The notes below the pieces were generated by a model, which saw only the letters and a program-made list of their open reading frames with translations, had not been told where the DNA came from and ran no database searches. A stretch of DNA of 63,715 nucleotides, filler included, from Licmophora abbreviata (Eukaryota), in the NCBI GenBank assembly GCA_900291995.1. It is 10 parts of 10 records of this genome, joined end to end, with 100 filler letters (N's around TTAATTAATTAA, not from the genome) between each part and the next. Parts side by side here need not be neighbours in the genome. Positions count along the whole stretch, not along the records: positions 7,602 to 15,499 come from OLMU01002914.1; positions 15,600 to 28,220 come from OLMU01002915.1; 8 more parts are not named here. One strand, 5' to 3'. The position numbers and the translations under genes were made by a program. Shown piece after piece: positions 10,408 through 22,276 of the stretch (its first letter is position 1; the number at the start of each line of letters is the position of its first letter).

Positions 10408-13304
10408 ATGCCTCGTCTCCGCTCCCTGTCACGGGACCGTAAGAGCAAGAGTCCAGCATCGCCAAAGACAGCGTCACCGAAAAGCGTGACAAGTGCAACT
10501 CCATCGATCATGACCGCTCATAGCGTCTCGACCCCCAAAAGGAAGGGCTCCAAGAAGGTTCTGTCCTCTCCACAAAACGCCACGATTGCCTCCAGATCTC
10601 CGGTCTCCACCCCGAAGAGAAAGGGATCTCGGAAGAACAGTACTTCCAAATTGGCGGCCGACTCGACCCCTAGAGGCAGCATGGCTACGACGTCTCCAAG
10701 TGTAGCCAGGACTACGAATCAGAGCACAGCCGGAGATTCCACGGCCGGAGAAGTTACCCACATTATTCGAGTGACAGTGCTTGGCCTTGCTGGTATCACC
10801 GTCGATAAGAGTAAGTGCCTCCCCGCCAATCAGCCGAAACCAAATCTCCCTGCGCCGCCCTCCAAAATGAAGGCCGTGGTGGCATTTTCAAGGGGATCTG
10901 ATTCCATGGCACGACCGCGCTATCCAGACCCTTGGTGATGTCTCCTACGGAATCCGTCATCCCCGGTGATTCTTCCGCTCGTTTGATGCGGCATGTCGCT
11001 GTTTGGTCGTCCGAGGACAAGACGCTTGGATCGACCGTCAGCTTCGAAGCGAACTTACGCCGCGCGGAAAGTACCAACGCAACTACAACGGCTTCCTCGC
11101 CCTTCACGCCCAAGAGCTTTGAATTGACCGTTGCTCTTACCGAAGAGAATGGAGAAGAGAACAAGATAGCGCTTCCTTGTGGTGTATCGTCTCTGGCCGT
11201 CTCCGGTGACGAATGTAGGAATGGTCAAGTGGCAACGGTAGATTTGCCGATTCTAAGTATTGCGCAAGCCCGACCTCTATCTTCCAACAAGAACGGCTTG
11301 GGAGGATATCCCATGATCGCTATCACTCCAAAAGTGAATGAGGCAGGAGTCGAAGATCAACTGAAGAAGAAGAGAAACGTCGGACTGCAGCGACTTTTCA
11401 AACGCGGCGGGAGCGACAGCAAGTTTCCATCTGTGATTGCGCGGAGATTCTTTGCATCTGCATACTCTATGGATGCGAGCGGGGATGCTGTGTTGCGAGT
11501 TTCTTTGGAAGTCTACGAAAAAGGCTCTGACTTGGAGGCAACTTTCCTCGAACGACGTCTTCTCGCGATCGAGGAGCAGTGTGAAAGCAAGGGTCTCAGC
11601 CCTCCCGCGTCAACAAGAAAGACAATGTCATTGAAGGCGATGCACAATGGTACATTGACGTCTCTGGACGAGCCTCGCTCTGAGAACAAACCCGATGAAA
11701 CGTGCGAGTCGCCAGGAATCGAGGTTCCGCTGGAGGCTTCGGTAGAATTGTCAATCCCTCCTTCCGTCGAGCAACAACCGACAGAAGAAAAGGAGGTGGT
11801 GCTCGAGCCTGTCAAACCCGACGCCACAAACCTAAGCACTGACCTGACATCGACTGTTGTTGCAGAGACTGATGCAACTGGCGCTGCTATGGGAGAGGTC
11901 GCCCTCACCGCTGAAGAAAGTTCCCCCAACAAGAACGAGCCCGCTTGCAAGGGTGATCTCGATTACAAGGACAAGAACGACAGCAAGGAGTCGGACGAAG
12001 ATAGTAGCCAATACTCGTCGATCGTCACCAAGGAAGACAACAACGTCGCCTACTTTCAGTGGACGGCATCAACTTCGATGAGAGGTTCAACCGTGGACGA
12101 GAACTACACTCTGTCTTTCGGAGAGAAGACAGAAGAGGCGGAGCGTGAGATGGAGCCCCGAATATCTTTGCAGGACGATGACAATATCGCCATCAAGATC
12201 TTAGGAAGAGATATCAAGGTACCAACTTGTGGTCTCCGTCTCGTGTTTGACCATGAAGGAGACGACAGGTCACTCTTGTCGGAAGATGGGACGTTGCTCA
12301 CAGCAAAGTTGTTTGGACGCCAATACCAGATTCCAGTGCCGAAAGTACGTCGGGCAGATGGCGGCACCGTCAGGGTCGGGACGGATGGCGCTGAACCGCG
12401 TAGAGCCAAGCTTGGTGAGATTTTCGGCATGATGTGTCGCCGGCGACCGAAGCAGTCAGAGATGGAAATGAATATGTTCACTACGTTCTCTGAAGACGAG
12501 GACTTCACCGAAGGCTCCAGGACGCAAGGCTCGTACACCTATACTGATACTTACGCTGAGACACACGATAACACATACGATGACACGAACGCTGACACAT
12601 ACACCGAAGAACCACGCCCTTGGAGCCAGGAGGCCATGGCCTGGCTAACCAATGAGTCGCTGAATCCCAAGGAGCAAGAAGACCGAAAACTTGAGACTTC
12701 GAAGACCGCTAGTTCTCCAAGCGGTGTCCTTAACTTCCCCGTCATAGACAAGGACTTCAAGGACGATGAGCCAGCGCGTGACTCGAAGAATGCAGAAGGT
12801 CCTCAAGACGCGCCAGCCGTGGGCCGTACCCTAGCGGATATCTTCGCCTGTCGGTACAGCTTTGCAAATGAGCTTAGCCCTCGGTATGAACCCTACAGAG
12901 AGGAAATCCCCCCAGTCATTATCCCTGCCGACAACGACGAGCTGAGTGTCGGCGACTTGACGGCAACTACACACGAGATGCAGGTCGCTGCCGAGGCTCG
13001 GCATCAGAAGCGAATTGCCAGCAAAGCAGCAGCGTCAAATGGGGTTATGGGCTTTACCAATATTCTGAATCCTTTGCCCAAAGCCCTCGGAGGCAACGGA
13101 CTGTTTTCGATTGGCCAGCAAACAACAAGCGGCCCAATCAGTGTGCAAAGCAACGATTCTGCAAGCATTCGCGACAGTCACCAGGGCGGAGAAAACTACT
13201 TTGCAGAATACGAATACACCTCTGACTGGAATCCGTCTTTGACCTCGCTACAAGCTAAGCCTGCTGCGTCGGAGGATGGTGTCGAGATGGCTCTCGCTAC
13301 ATAA
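10408..13304 (+). CDS. Large uncharacterised S/E/D-rich protein; apparent frameshift near 10897-10935
   Basis: ORF 10408-10938 overlaps ORF 10932-13304 on the same strand, and the sequence reads as continuous coding (RVTVLGLAGI...AVVAFSRGS / FHGTTALSRPLVM). Confidence 0.65.
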
Positions 13305-13558
13305 GTGCTTCTTCTAATACATAATGATGCACTCTTCTATTTTACGGAATTGTTTTCATTTATTTGAAACGAGGTTATCCTGGGAACCATAGGTGGTGAA
13401 TGCTACATCATACCGGGGCCTTAGATCTAGTATCGCTACTCCTTGTTACACATAAGAAGACAATATGACATGAAAACGACTTGCTTCCCACGGGCCCCTA
13501 TAATACTTATTCCCGCAGAGATCGCAATGCTGTCTGTCACTTCCATTGGTGCGATCCA

Positions 13559-13771
13559 TCAGTCATCATCCGAGTCCCATGCTTCCTCGTCGTAGCCGAG
13601 AACCGCGGCCGCTGCTTGTTCCTCCGCCGTCAACTCCTCCCAGTCCTTGTTCTCTGTGGGAGCAGGCTTATCACCGTCCCAAAGCTTCTTAGTATATCCA
13701 AGAGTAAGAGCAGCCTTCTTGACTTCCGAGGGCAGCTCTTCCCAGTCGTAGTCGTCGTACTTTCCTGACAT
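13559..13771 (-). CDS. Small acidic protein of two W-x-x-L...AA..LGY....WD repeats
   Basis: DWEELPSEVKKAALTLGYTKKLWD and DWEELTAEEQAAAAVLGYDEEAWD tandem repeats. ATG at 13771, 5' extent uncertain. Confidence 0.75.
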   Translation of the reverse strand: MSGKYDDYDWEELPSEVKKAALTLGYTKKLWDGDKPAPTENKDWEELTAEEQAAAAVLGYDEEAWDSDDD

Positions 13772-14411
13772 GTCTTTTGAAGGAGAGAAAGGCAATGCAT
13801 TTAGTGCGTAAGCTGTGTGGTCGTGGCGAACAACGGCGTCCATCACCAGTTCGGTACGCTCGTCGATGAGTTGCCATGTGTCCCAGTCGTTGACGGAAAG
13901 CGCCGTCTTCCATTCGAGCATCCAGCTTCCACAGAAAAGGGCCCGTTGCTCCTGAACGTACCTGCTAAGCAAGGACAGAGGGCGTTTCCCATGGATAGAT
14001 TGTGGTTCACAACAACAATGATGTGTGACGACGCCGATCGCGATCTCAGAACACACATCGCGAACTGTCTGACATAACGATTTACAGTTTTTACACGTCC
14101 GAGGATAAGTGATATACAGACAGTGTTGACCGACGCGCTTGGGCTTATATACTCCGTAGATTATCAATCGGGGGTAGCACGTGCCCCCGTGGAACTATCA
14201 CTATCGCGAGTTGTTTGGAGAGTGCCGAGCTTGCGTGGACTTCAAACGAACGACCTAAGCTTAAAGTTTAAGGGACATAAGCACATTTCTATTGTTGCGA
14301 TTGAGTCTAATTGGTAACCCTACTGGGCAACCCTTGCGTCGTTTCGTTCTATATGGCTGCCTCCATTGACAGCAACACGACATATGAAATACAAACCGGC
14401 CTTTCTCACCA

Positions 14412-15437
14412 TCATGCTGGGCGATTCAAAAACCTCCGCGCTTTCTTTTCCGAGGCTCTCTCGATATTGATTTGCTTGGACTCTACGACACTCTCTAGGA
14501 GTTGCAGTCGATCCTTCAGAGCACCATTCTCGTTCTCCAGTTCACGCACTTGCGTTTTCAGCGAATTGGCCAAGAGCGGATCTCGGCATGCAGCGAGCAA
14601 CAGTCGCCCGACCTCCTCCAAGTCTCGGTCGTCAATCTGACCCTTGACTCCGGTTCCACGCGGCCGCAAGACAAAGGTGTCTTCCACTATGTGAGTGCCA
14701 TCGGCATGATCGCGTGGGCTTGCATGTAGCTCCACAAGAGAATACCCATTCGCTGCAATGGCCGCCGTCAGACTCGCCAGGATGCCGTCCAAGTCTGGTC
14801 CAAGCACAGTGACCGTCGTGGCGTCTCGTCGTTTCTTATTCGATACGTCAACTTCAAATTCATATTCCTGACCCTTGCTGAGTGCTTCTAGTTTCAGAAG
14901 AGTCGACCGTTTGGTGTCCACCAACATCAAGTTCACCAGGCCCAGTGCAGCTCCTAGTACCACGCCGAACAGACTTCCCAAAACTCCGACACGTCGAACC
15001 ATCGACAATCTCCGTTGCGGCGAGGACAGCCCCGACGATGGCAAGCCCATCATTCGCGCAAGCGTTTCCACCGTATCACCAAACACAACTGAGGTGGCAT
15101 TGGCCACAATCTGGCCAAGGGCCGCCGCCGCAAGCGTACTGAGTCCCAGCTGCACACCAATCGTCAAATCCAGATAGTTTCCTGCCAAGATCATAATGCT
15201 GTTGTCCATAAAGCCGAAACCGAACATGGGGGCGGCGCACGTCCAAAAGTATGCCTTCAGCTGTTGTGTCGTGGGCGGAGGCGGTTCGACGTTGGATGTT
15301 GTCTCGAGCAGCCTGAGTTGAGTGAGATTCTGCGAGCGCATCATGGCTCTGGGTGCCACAAGGACGCCTCTTTGGGCTAATGCTCTGCAAAGGTTTTGTC
15401 TGATGGAAGGAAGTGGTCTGGTGATAACGGAAGTCAT
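14412..15437 (-). CDS. TMEM65-family mitochondrial membrane protein with C-terminal ACT-like domain and coiled coil
   Basis: PMFGFGFMDNSIMILAG..LDLTIG..LGLSTLAAAALGQ (TMEM65); TTVTVLGPDLDGILASLTAAIA..GYSL (ACT-like); R-rich presequence. Confidence 0.85.
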   Translation of the reverse strand: MTSVITRPLPSIRQNLCRALAQRGVLVAPRAMMRSQNLTQLRLLETTSNVEPPPPTTQQLKAYFWTCAAPMFGFGFMDNSIMILAGNYLDLTIGVQLGLSTLAAAALGQIVANATSVVFGDTVETLARMMGLPSSGLSSPQRRLSMVRRVGVLGSLFGVVLGAALGLVNLMLVDTKRSTLLKLEALSKGQEYEFEVDVSNKKRRDATTVTVLGPDLDGILASLTAAIAANGYSLVELHASPRDHADGTHIVEDTFVLRPRGTGVKGQIDDRDLEEVGRLLLAACRDPLLANSLKTQVRELENENGALKDRLQLLESVVESKQINIERASEKKARRFLNRPA

Positions 15438-16066
15438 CGCTCGACGGCAGGAAGACAGGTGATGGTGTCAGAATTCAATTGCACACGATCGATGCTTGCN
15501 NNNNNNNNNNNNNNNNNNNNNNNNNNNNNNNNNNNNNNNNNNNTTAATTAATTAANNNNNNNNNNNNNNNNNNNNNNNNNNNNNNNNNNNNNNNNNNNNG
15601 ATCGATCGCTTGCTACGCGCTCCACCAAAAATTTCTCCTGTCGAAGACAGATCCTACGCCTCCTATGAAGCAGGTTCAGACAGTGGTCGACGAGTGAACT
15701 GCGGGAGCCGCAAAGCACCGGTTGATCATTGAGTGTCACCATGTGCCGCCGGTGTTGGACCGCCATTTTGTGTGACTTTTTGTTACGCGAAATCTTGAAA
15801 TCTTTTTCTGCGAAGCGCCTGAAATGTGTGTGTGACTGACGACGGGCGGACGGCAGCACAATGATGAGACCGACGACCTATGATACAGGGATCATATCCA
15901 CACTCTACTGGTAGCCCCCGATACAGTAAGCAAAAGTACACTCTGCCGCTTGAAGAAAGAGGGCTTCCCCAAATTGATTCCACCTAGATCGATCTTACGA
16001 AAGAGGAAACTAGTATTCTTTTTAAAACAAAAAGCAGCCAACAGCCATTGACACTCTCCCAAGCTC

Positions 16067-17068
16067 TCACAACAATACATAAGGCACCATCGCCGCCAAC
16101 GGCAGTCCAAAGGCGCTTATAATACGTAGGTCGTCAGTCAGTTGGATGAGTCCGTAAACGGCCGTACACCACGCGAACATCAATGTCAGGCGGGACAGCA
16201 TCTTGTGCGCAAAACTGAAAGAGTCATGAAATAAGGCGACGAAGCGCTAGATTGAGCATCATTCTTCCATCGACCTCACTGTGGTACCCTTCACAACAAG
16301 CATGCCGTCAGTGTCGAATACGTACCGAATTGTGCCGTTTGTCTTGGCGACTCCAAAGTCGGGATGAAGAACCATGCCTCCTACAATTCCGCTCATGATG
16401 CAACCAGCCATGACCATGACGCCCAAAATCGCATGCGCCGACTGAAGGTGTTCGTAGCCGTTGTCTTCCTTGTTTTTGTAGATAACATACATGCCACCTT
16501 ATATAGCAAAACAGGCAAGGCTGCGTGAGAGATCGTTCGTTTCGGCAACCGCAACCTGTAGAAAGCTTCAAACAGAGGATTTTCACGTACCAAGCGCCAT
16601 GAAGTTTCCAAGCCATGAGAGGATACCGTGAAGCTAGAATTGGAAATTGATAGAACGGGTCAGACGACGATTGGAAAAGCCCACAAGAATTCTCAAGAAG
16701 ACCAGCGTACCTTGGTGTTTGAGTATCCGCCCAATTTCTTGGTGACGGCGCCAGCGCCAAACATGCCGACAAAGGCCGTCGTCATGAGAAAGGGATGCCA
16801 CGAGAAAAAGCGCCATCCAGTGCCTAAGGGCATGACACCGGCCGTGTAGCCCCCTCCTAGTGAAAAGGCAATAAGACAAGCGACCAAGATGGTGTACGAA
16901 CTCTTTGAAGGAGGCCCGAACTGTGTATGAAACCAAGATATGGCGACGCGATGAGGTGAGCCTGTGTGTATAAGATCGACCTGGCGAAACGCGTCATTTT
17001 CTCTACTCCTTCTCCAAGCCACATCGAAACATACTCACCTTCACTCTATGTCCAGTAGACTTCACCAT
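16067..17068 (-). CDS. Cytochrome b561-family membrane protein, multi-exon
   Basis: Spliced model MVKSTGHRVK|FGPP...FSWHPFLM...|LHGILSW...HLQSAHA.LG...R|FAHK with four candidate heme His. GT-AG introns. Confidence 0.8.
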
Positions 17069-17494
17069 ACTGAATAACTTCTGCGGTAGGAACAAGCCCA
17101 AAAGACGGAACGAAAGCAACGAGCTGGAGCACTTCGCTGCTGTGGGTGTGTGTGATCTCGTCGCTCGTCGGCGCGTCGTCGTCGCCGCCGCATTTTGAAG
17201 CCGACGTAGGAATCCGGAACTTCGCCGTTGTTCCGAGGGTTTGTCTCTTACGCCGGCGTTACTAGACCCCAGGTGAAGTTACTATGGTTAGACTGAAAAC
17301 TAGTACAGAAGTTTCTCTGGCTAGGTCTAGCTAAACATGACTAAGTTTTAGGTATTGCAGCTACAGTCGACAACAACCCTTTCCTCGTTAGGGAGTGAGT
17401 AGGAGGCTAAAGTGTCGGTCTCCGCCGGTCCTCTAACTTCTTTAGAGCATTACGTCGTGCTATTGCGAGACTCGACTCGACTCGATCCGACGAT

Positions 17495-20254
17495 CTAGAT
17501 GCCATCGTCATCTGAGTCTTTTCCTCCATTCCCAGCAACAATACTATCTTGCTGATAGTACATTTCAAGGATCTGGTCGCTTGACGTGGCTTGATCGGGA
17601 CGCTTGTCGTCCCTAACTCGCTCAAAGCGCGGGAACCGAAGGCCGATTCCCCGGTCGGCTTCCCCAACACGTCCCAATGCGCCCTTGTGCGTAGAAGACT
17701 TGGATAGATCTGCAGCCTTCACCTCCCAAACTTGTACGGCGTCGAACCAAACATCACAGTCGAGAGTGTCCGACGTCACATACTGACTGGTCTTCGTAGG
17801 GATGATGTACTCCTTAAATGATTCGGTCAGATCCTTCAAGTTTTCTTCGGAAAAGCCAGTTCCAATTTTGCAGACACTCTGGTATTCTTCGGACTCGGGA
17901 TCATAGCAAGCAAGTAGATAGGCACCATATACGCCGGTGCGCTTGCCCCGGCCATAGTAGGCGCCAAGCGGCACCAGATCAACCGAGTCGCCAAGGCCCT
18001 CGAGGTAGTCCTTCTTGAGCTTCAGCCAGTTGAGCGATCGACGCGACGGTTCATACGCCGCGTTTGAGTCGAGCGTCTTGATCATGAGCCCCTCACATTG
18101 ATTCTTAACGGCCACATCGAGAAAGCTCTCCAACATGGTAGTGTCGCCGTCTTCCTTGTGGTCGAGCGACTCGGCAAACTGGAACTTCCCTTCGACGGGC
18201 TTGAAATGTTTCTTAAGGAGATCGCGACGCTCGGCTAGTGTGTGATTCAACAACGACTCGCCGTTGAGGAACATTAAATCAAAGGCTTGGACGATCACCT
18301 GCACTTTGGCCGTCTGGTCGGACTCCTCCGTCTTTTTGCGAGTAGAAAGAATCTGGAAAGGGACAAACTGCTCTGTCTCACGATTGTAGGCAACGACCTC
18401 CGAGTCCATCACGAAGCTGGTCGTGTCGGACTCAACACACGCTTCCTTTACATACAGAGGGACCTCGGGGTACTTGGACGTGGTGTCTAGAAGCGACCGA
18501 GAGTAAACGCCCGTAGTACCGTCCGATGCCATGTGCACCTGAGCACGCTCACCATCGTACTTGTACTCGCACGTGAAACGGAGACCGTTGAGGCGCTCGA
18601 GAACTTCCTGGATCGAAGTGGTGGGCTTGGCCAACATTGGAGCCACTGGTCGGCCTGGCGACAGGGTACAGGCCTTGTACATTTCTTGAAGTGGCACGCT
18701 CAACACCGCGTCCAAGACCGTGTCGTAGGAGGAAACCTCAGAGTAGGCCTTCTTTATAATGTCACCTGCAAGCTCCAAGCGCTTGTCTAAAGGCGTCGAT
18801 TTATCAGCATACTGTTTCGCCGCATCAGGTGCGTCGTCAGCGATCTTCGAATCCATTGAGACGCCATCGGGTATGGTGAGGGCGAAGGCGTGCGCAAGTG
18901 ACACCAGGACGGTATTCTGTGAAACACCAATTCGAAGCTTCCCCTGCAAGCCACGAATAATATACTTGACCTCCGGACCAGTGGCGCATACCAGAAGCTT
19001 TTTGATTCTTTCAATTTTGAACTTCTGCGACTGGTTCCCAGACATGGCAGCCTGTTATTGTGCATCAACCAAAACAAAACCGTAGAATGTGTCAGAAGCA
19101 GCCTCGGTAGCGTTTCACAGCTAACAAGACCAGCACTTACGATCTCGCGGAACGATTTGAGTACGTCTTTGGCAAAAAGAGCCTTTGGCTTGACTCCGAA
19201 TCCCAAAGTTCGTTGAGTAGCCTTGGATCGCTGAGCCACATCTCCAAGATCTCCCTCGGCTTTGTATTTCTTATCAATAATCGCTGTCATGAAAAAGACG
19301 ATGTGGTGAGGTGGTACCGTAAGCAAAGAGCTACACATAAGTTCATTGTACAGTCTTACCAGGATTGGTACCGTATGCCTGACCAATGGCCTTGGACAGT
19401 ATCGAATCGCCAATGCCCAGCTCGATACAATCATACGCGGGAGCGACAGAGTTGGAGACCAAGTACACTAGCTCATACATGTCTTTGGGATTGCGAAGCA
19501 GGGTCGTTCGAAATAGCTCTGTCACAAACTGCTGAATTTCCAGACGCCCCGTGATGGCCGCAACCTGCTCAAACATGGCACACACGGCAGAGTACGGCAA
19601 ATTTCCCTCCCATGCGCTATCCTCCTGCTGCAGAAGCTCTTCGTCCGTCTTCATTCCTTTGGCGACTACTTCCGACTTTTTAAGGGCCCCCTTGGTCTTT
19701 TTGGATGGTTTAATGGTCGCAGGCTTGAGCGCATGATTGACTGACAGCTTCGGAGCGGGCTCTTTCGGGGCCTCCTGCTTCTCCTCCGTCAACATATCCT
19801 CACCTTCCTCTTCCATCGCCACGTCCTCGTAGTCCTCGTCGCTATCTTTCGTCGCATCATTTTTTGTGTCATTCTCCTCCACACTTTCGTTGTCATCTTC
19901 CTCATCTTCGATGATTCGCCGACGCTTGGCGGCCGACTTGCCTTTGGTATCTTCTGGTGTCACACGCTTGGTGTTTGCAGGAGGTCGTTCCGTGGTGTCT
20001 TGCTCCTCATCGTCGGTATCACGCAGTTCGTCGTTGACCGCTACAGCAACATTCTTTTCTTTTTCTTTCAAGGGGGGCCCCGCCGTTGATGTTGCCGCAT
20101 TTGTCGTCTTATGAGACGCACTGTTGCCAGGTGAAGTAGAATCGGCGGCCTGCTGCTTCTTGGAGGTGATGTCAAACGACAAGGTCGCTTGTTTCTTGAT
20201 TCTCTTTTCTTTCGGTACTCCAAAGAAGGAGTCCAAGCTTGATTGCATCGGCAT
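17495..20254 (-). CDS. LIG1: DNA ligase I, introns within ~19050-19360
   Basis: N-terminal PIP box QSSLDSFF; CEYKYDGERAQ adenylation motif, EGLMIK, WLKLKKDY, LRFPRF.RVRDDK. Confidence 0.97.
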
Positions 20255-20610
20255 GATCGAGTAAGGTTAGAAGTACCAGGTTCAAGAGCAACTGATGGCA
20301 CAATCAGGGCCGTGGGCGATGGAACTCGCCGCCGTCGTCGTGATAAAAAAAAGTGAAGCAATGCGGTCGGGATCGAATTCGGAACTGAACACAACTCTCA
20401 CAAAATTGAGCCGTAGAATCTGGTACACAGTGTACGAGAGGTGCGCCATAAAATGAAATCGGCGTTGTATAGCGCTCCAACTCTCAGCAGAGCTCGTCCC
20501 GTCCTCAAGGTCGAAGGTCGCTCACAACAGTCGATTGTCAAGTCGCGACGGCTTCTTGATGGCGGTGCTGGTGTCGGCCTCTCCAGACTGGCTTTGCTCT
20601 CACTGCCACC

Positions 20611-21612
20611 ATGTCTTCCAAACAGGCAGAATTGCGTCGACTCATGAAGTTGCAGCGTGAAAAGAAAGAGCTCCAGGAACGTGCAGCAGAACAGGAGTTA
20701 CAACACCAGCGGCTGCCCAAGGGTATCTTGCGCATGCCCAGCAACACGACGGTATCCCCAATCAAGGATCCGCGAAACGAGGTGCTTTCCTCACTCCTGA
20801 ATGGATATGACAGTGACAGCTCTCAAGAAGAGGACGATGAGGTGAAACCCCAATCACCATCAAGAGGAAGAGTTTCATGGCCGACGGACGATGCCAATCT
20901 AGAAACGACGCATGTGATTCCAGAACGAAAACAAACAAAAAGTACTGATGATAGAGTGATGGCTCAGACGAGGCCTGATGAAAGTAGGAAACTTCATTTT
21001 GCTGAGATAGAAAGAAATTTTGAATCTACCACTGCAGTTGGGGGCGAGTTACGGACAGGATCAGCGAACAACAACAGTTCAGTTGGCATATGGTCGGAGA
21101 AGACGGATGTCGATTCTGATTCTGAACAGTGGAAAGAGTTTGAAGCACTGATTGGAGACGATGACACAGCTGAACACGACGTTGGAGAAGACAAGTTCGA
21201 GACATCTGGTGATTTTTTAAAGGCGGTGCAATTGAGCGAAACGGGGTCGACGGCAGAAGCAGCCGTGCTCGCCGAGTCCAGTACTGCAAGTACAAAGGAA
21301 TCACAGGAAGACAGTGTACCATCGTCAGCTGAAGTAGAGCAGGCATCCTATGAGGCTCGAATAGCCAAGTTGCGATTAAAGTCGCTGAAACGACGAAAGA
21401 AGGGCCCTGTGGATGGTGATGACGATGCCTCCTCCGCTCTCACGTCTGTGCCGACTTACACACCGGAACTGGCTCTCGCACAAGAAGAGGCAGAGGAGGC
21501 ATCAGGTGCAAAGAGAAAATCAGCAGAATCCCAATCTTTTGCCATGTCAATATTGCGTCAGAAAATGGCTCGTGCGCGACAACTCTCGGAAGAGGACGAC
21601 GGAGCGTATTAG
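20611..21612 (+). CDS. Uncharacterised nuclear-type acidic protein (weak resemblance to ZNF830 termini, no zinc finger seen)
   Basis: 333-aa ORF with ATG; ELRRLMK at the N-terminus, QWKEF, and an NLS-like KRRKK. Confidence 0.6.
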   Translation: MSSKQAELRRLMKLQREKKELQERAAEQELQHQRLPKGILRMPSNTTVSPIKDPRNEVLSSLLNGYDSDSSQEEDDEVKPQSPSRGRVSWPTDDANLETTHVIPERKQTKSTDDRVMAQTRPDESRKLHFAEIERNFESTTAVGGELRTGSANNNSSVGIWSEKTDVDSDSEQWKEFEALIGDDDTAEHDVGEDKFETSGDFLKAVQLSETGSTAEAAVLAESSTASTKESQEDSVPSSAEVEQASYEARIAKLRLKSLKRRKKGPVDGDDDASSALTSVPTYTPELALAQEEAEEASGAKRKSAESQSFAMSILRQKMARARQLSEEDDGAY

Positions 21613-22276
21613 CGAGAGGGGAAGGTCAAGCTGGGCTGGTCTCTACACGGCAAGATAATTGATCGACAAGCTATGAGCACAAGTGTGAACCGCCTCCGAT
21701 GCAAGCTTTACCCCGGTAGCTAGCGCTGGCGTCAAATCTATATAGACTATGCGGCGTCTTGCCGGTACCGGCCCTATGCTGCAAACTCTCACTGGGACTG
21801 GGCATGATTAATCAACAACTACTATCTCTAGATGATGATAGGTCCCATTATGACTCTTGTCTATTACTTCCTATTTGCAGTTCGCTATTGTGTCAAGATG
21901 TCCATAACCCCGAGATGCATTTTCCGCTCTTGTCACTTGCCTCACCTACGTGGCCCGATCGATGTTGCGGGTTTTACTGCAATTTCATAGCTCGACGTCT
22001 TGCCCTCTTCCGCCAAAATCCAGCGTCTTGAAGACAAAGATTCCTTCCCGATTATTACTGAAAGCGCCTACGAAAGCAAGGAGTCGCATCGCATCGAAGA
22101 CTGAAGAGTGACGAAATTCCGGATCTCCTGACAATCAAGGGAAAGACACCGTGTCTGCCAGCCAACCAAACTGGTGCAACTTCATCGCGACAACAATCCT
22201 ATCACAAGAAACATCACAGCCTTCTCGTTGTTGTCACAATCCTGTCTGTGACCTTTCAACAAAGCTAGAAATCAAA

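Noticed and set aside
10899..10901. TGA as a selenocysteine or readthrough codon
   Set aside because: The upstream coding sequence is in a different frame, so readthrough would not join the ORFs.
15600..16060. Possible snRNA/RNase MRP in intergenic sequence
   Set aside because: No convincing U1-U6, SRP or MRP signature could be matched by eye.
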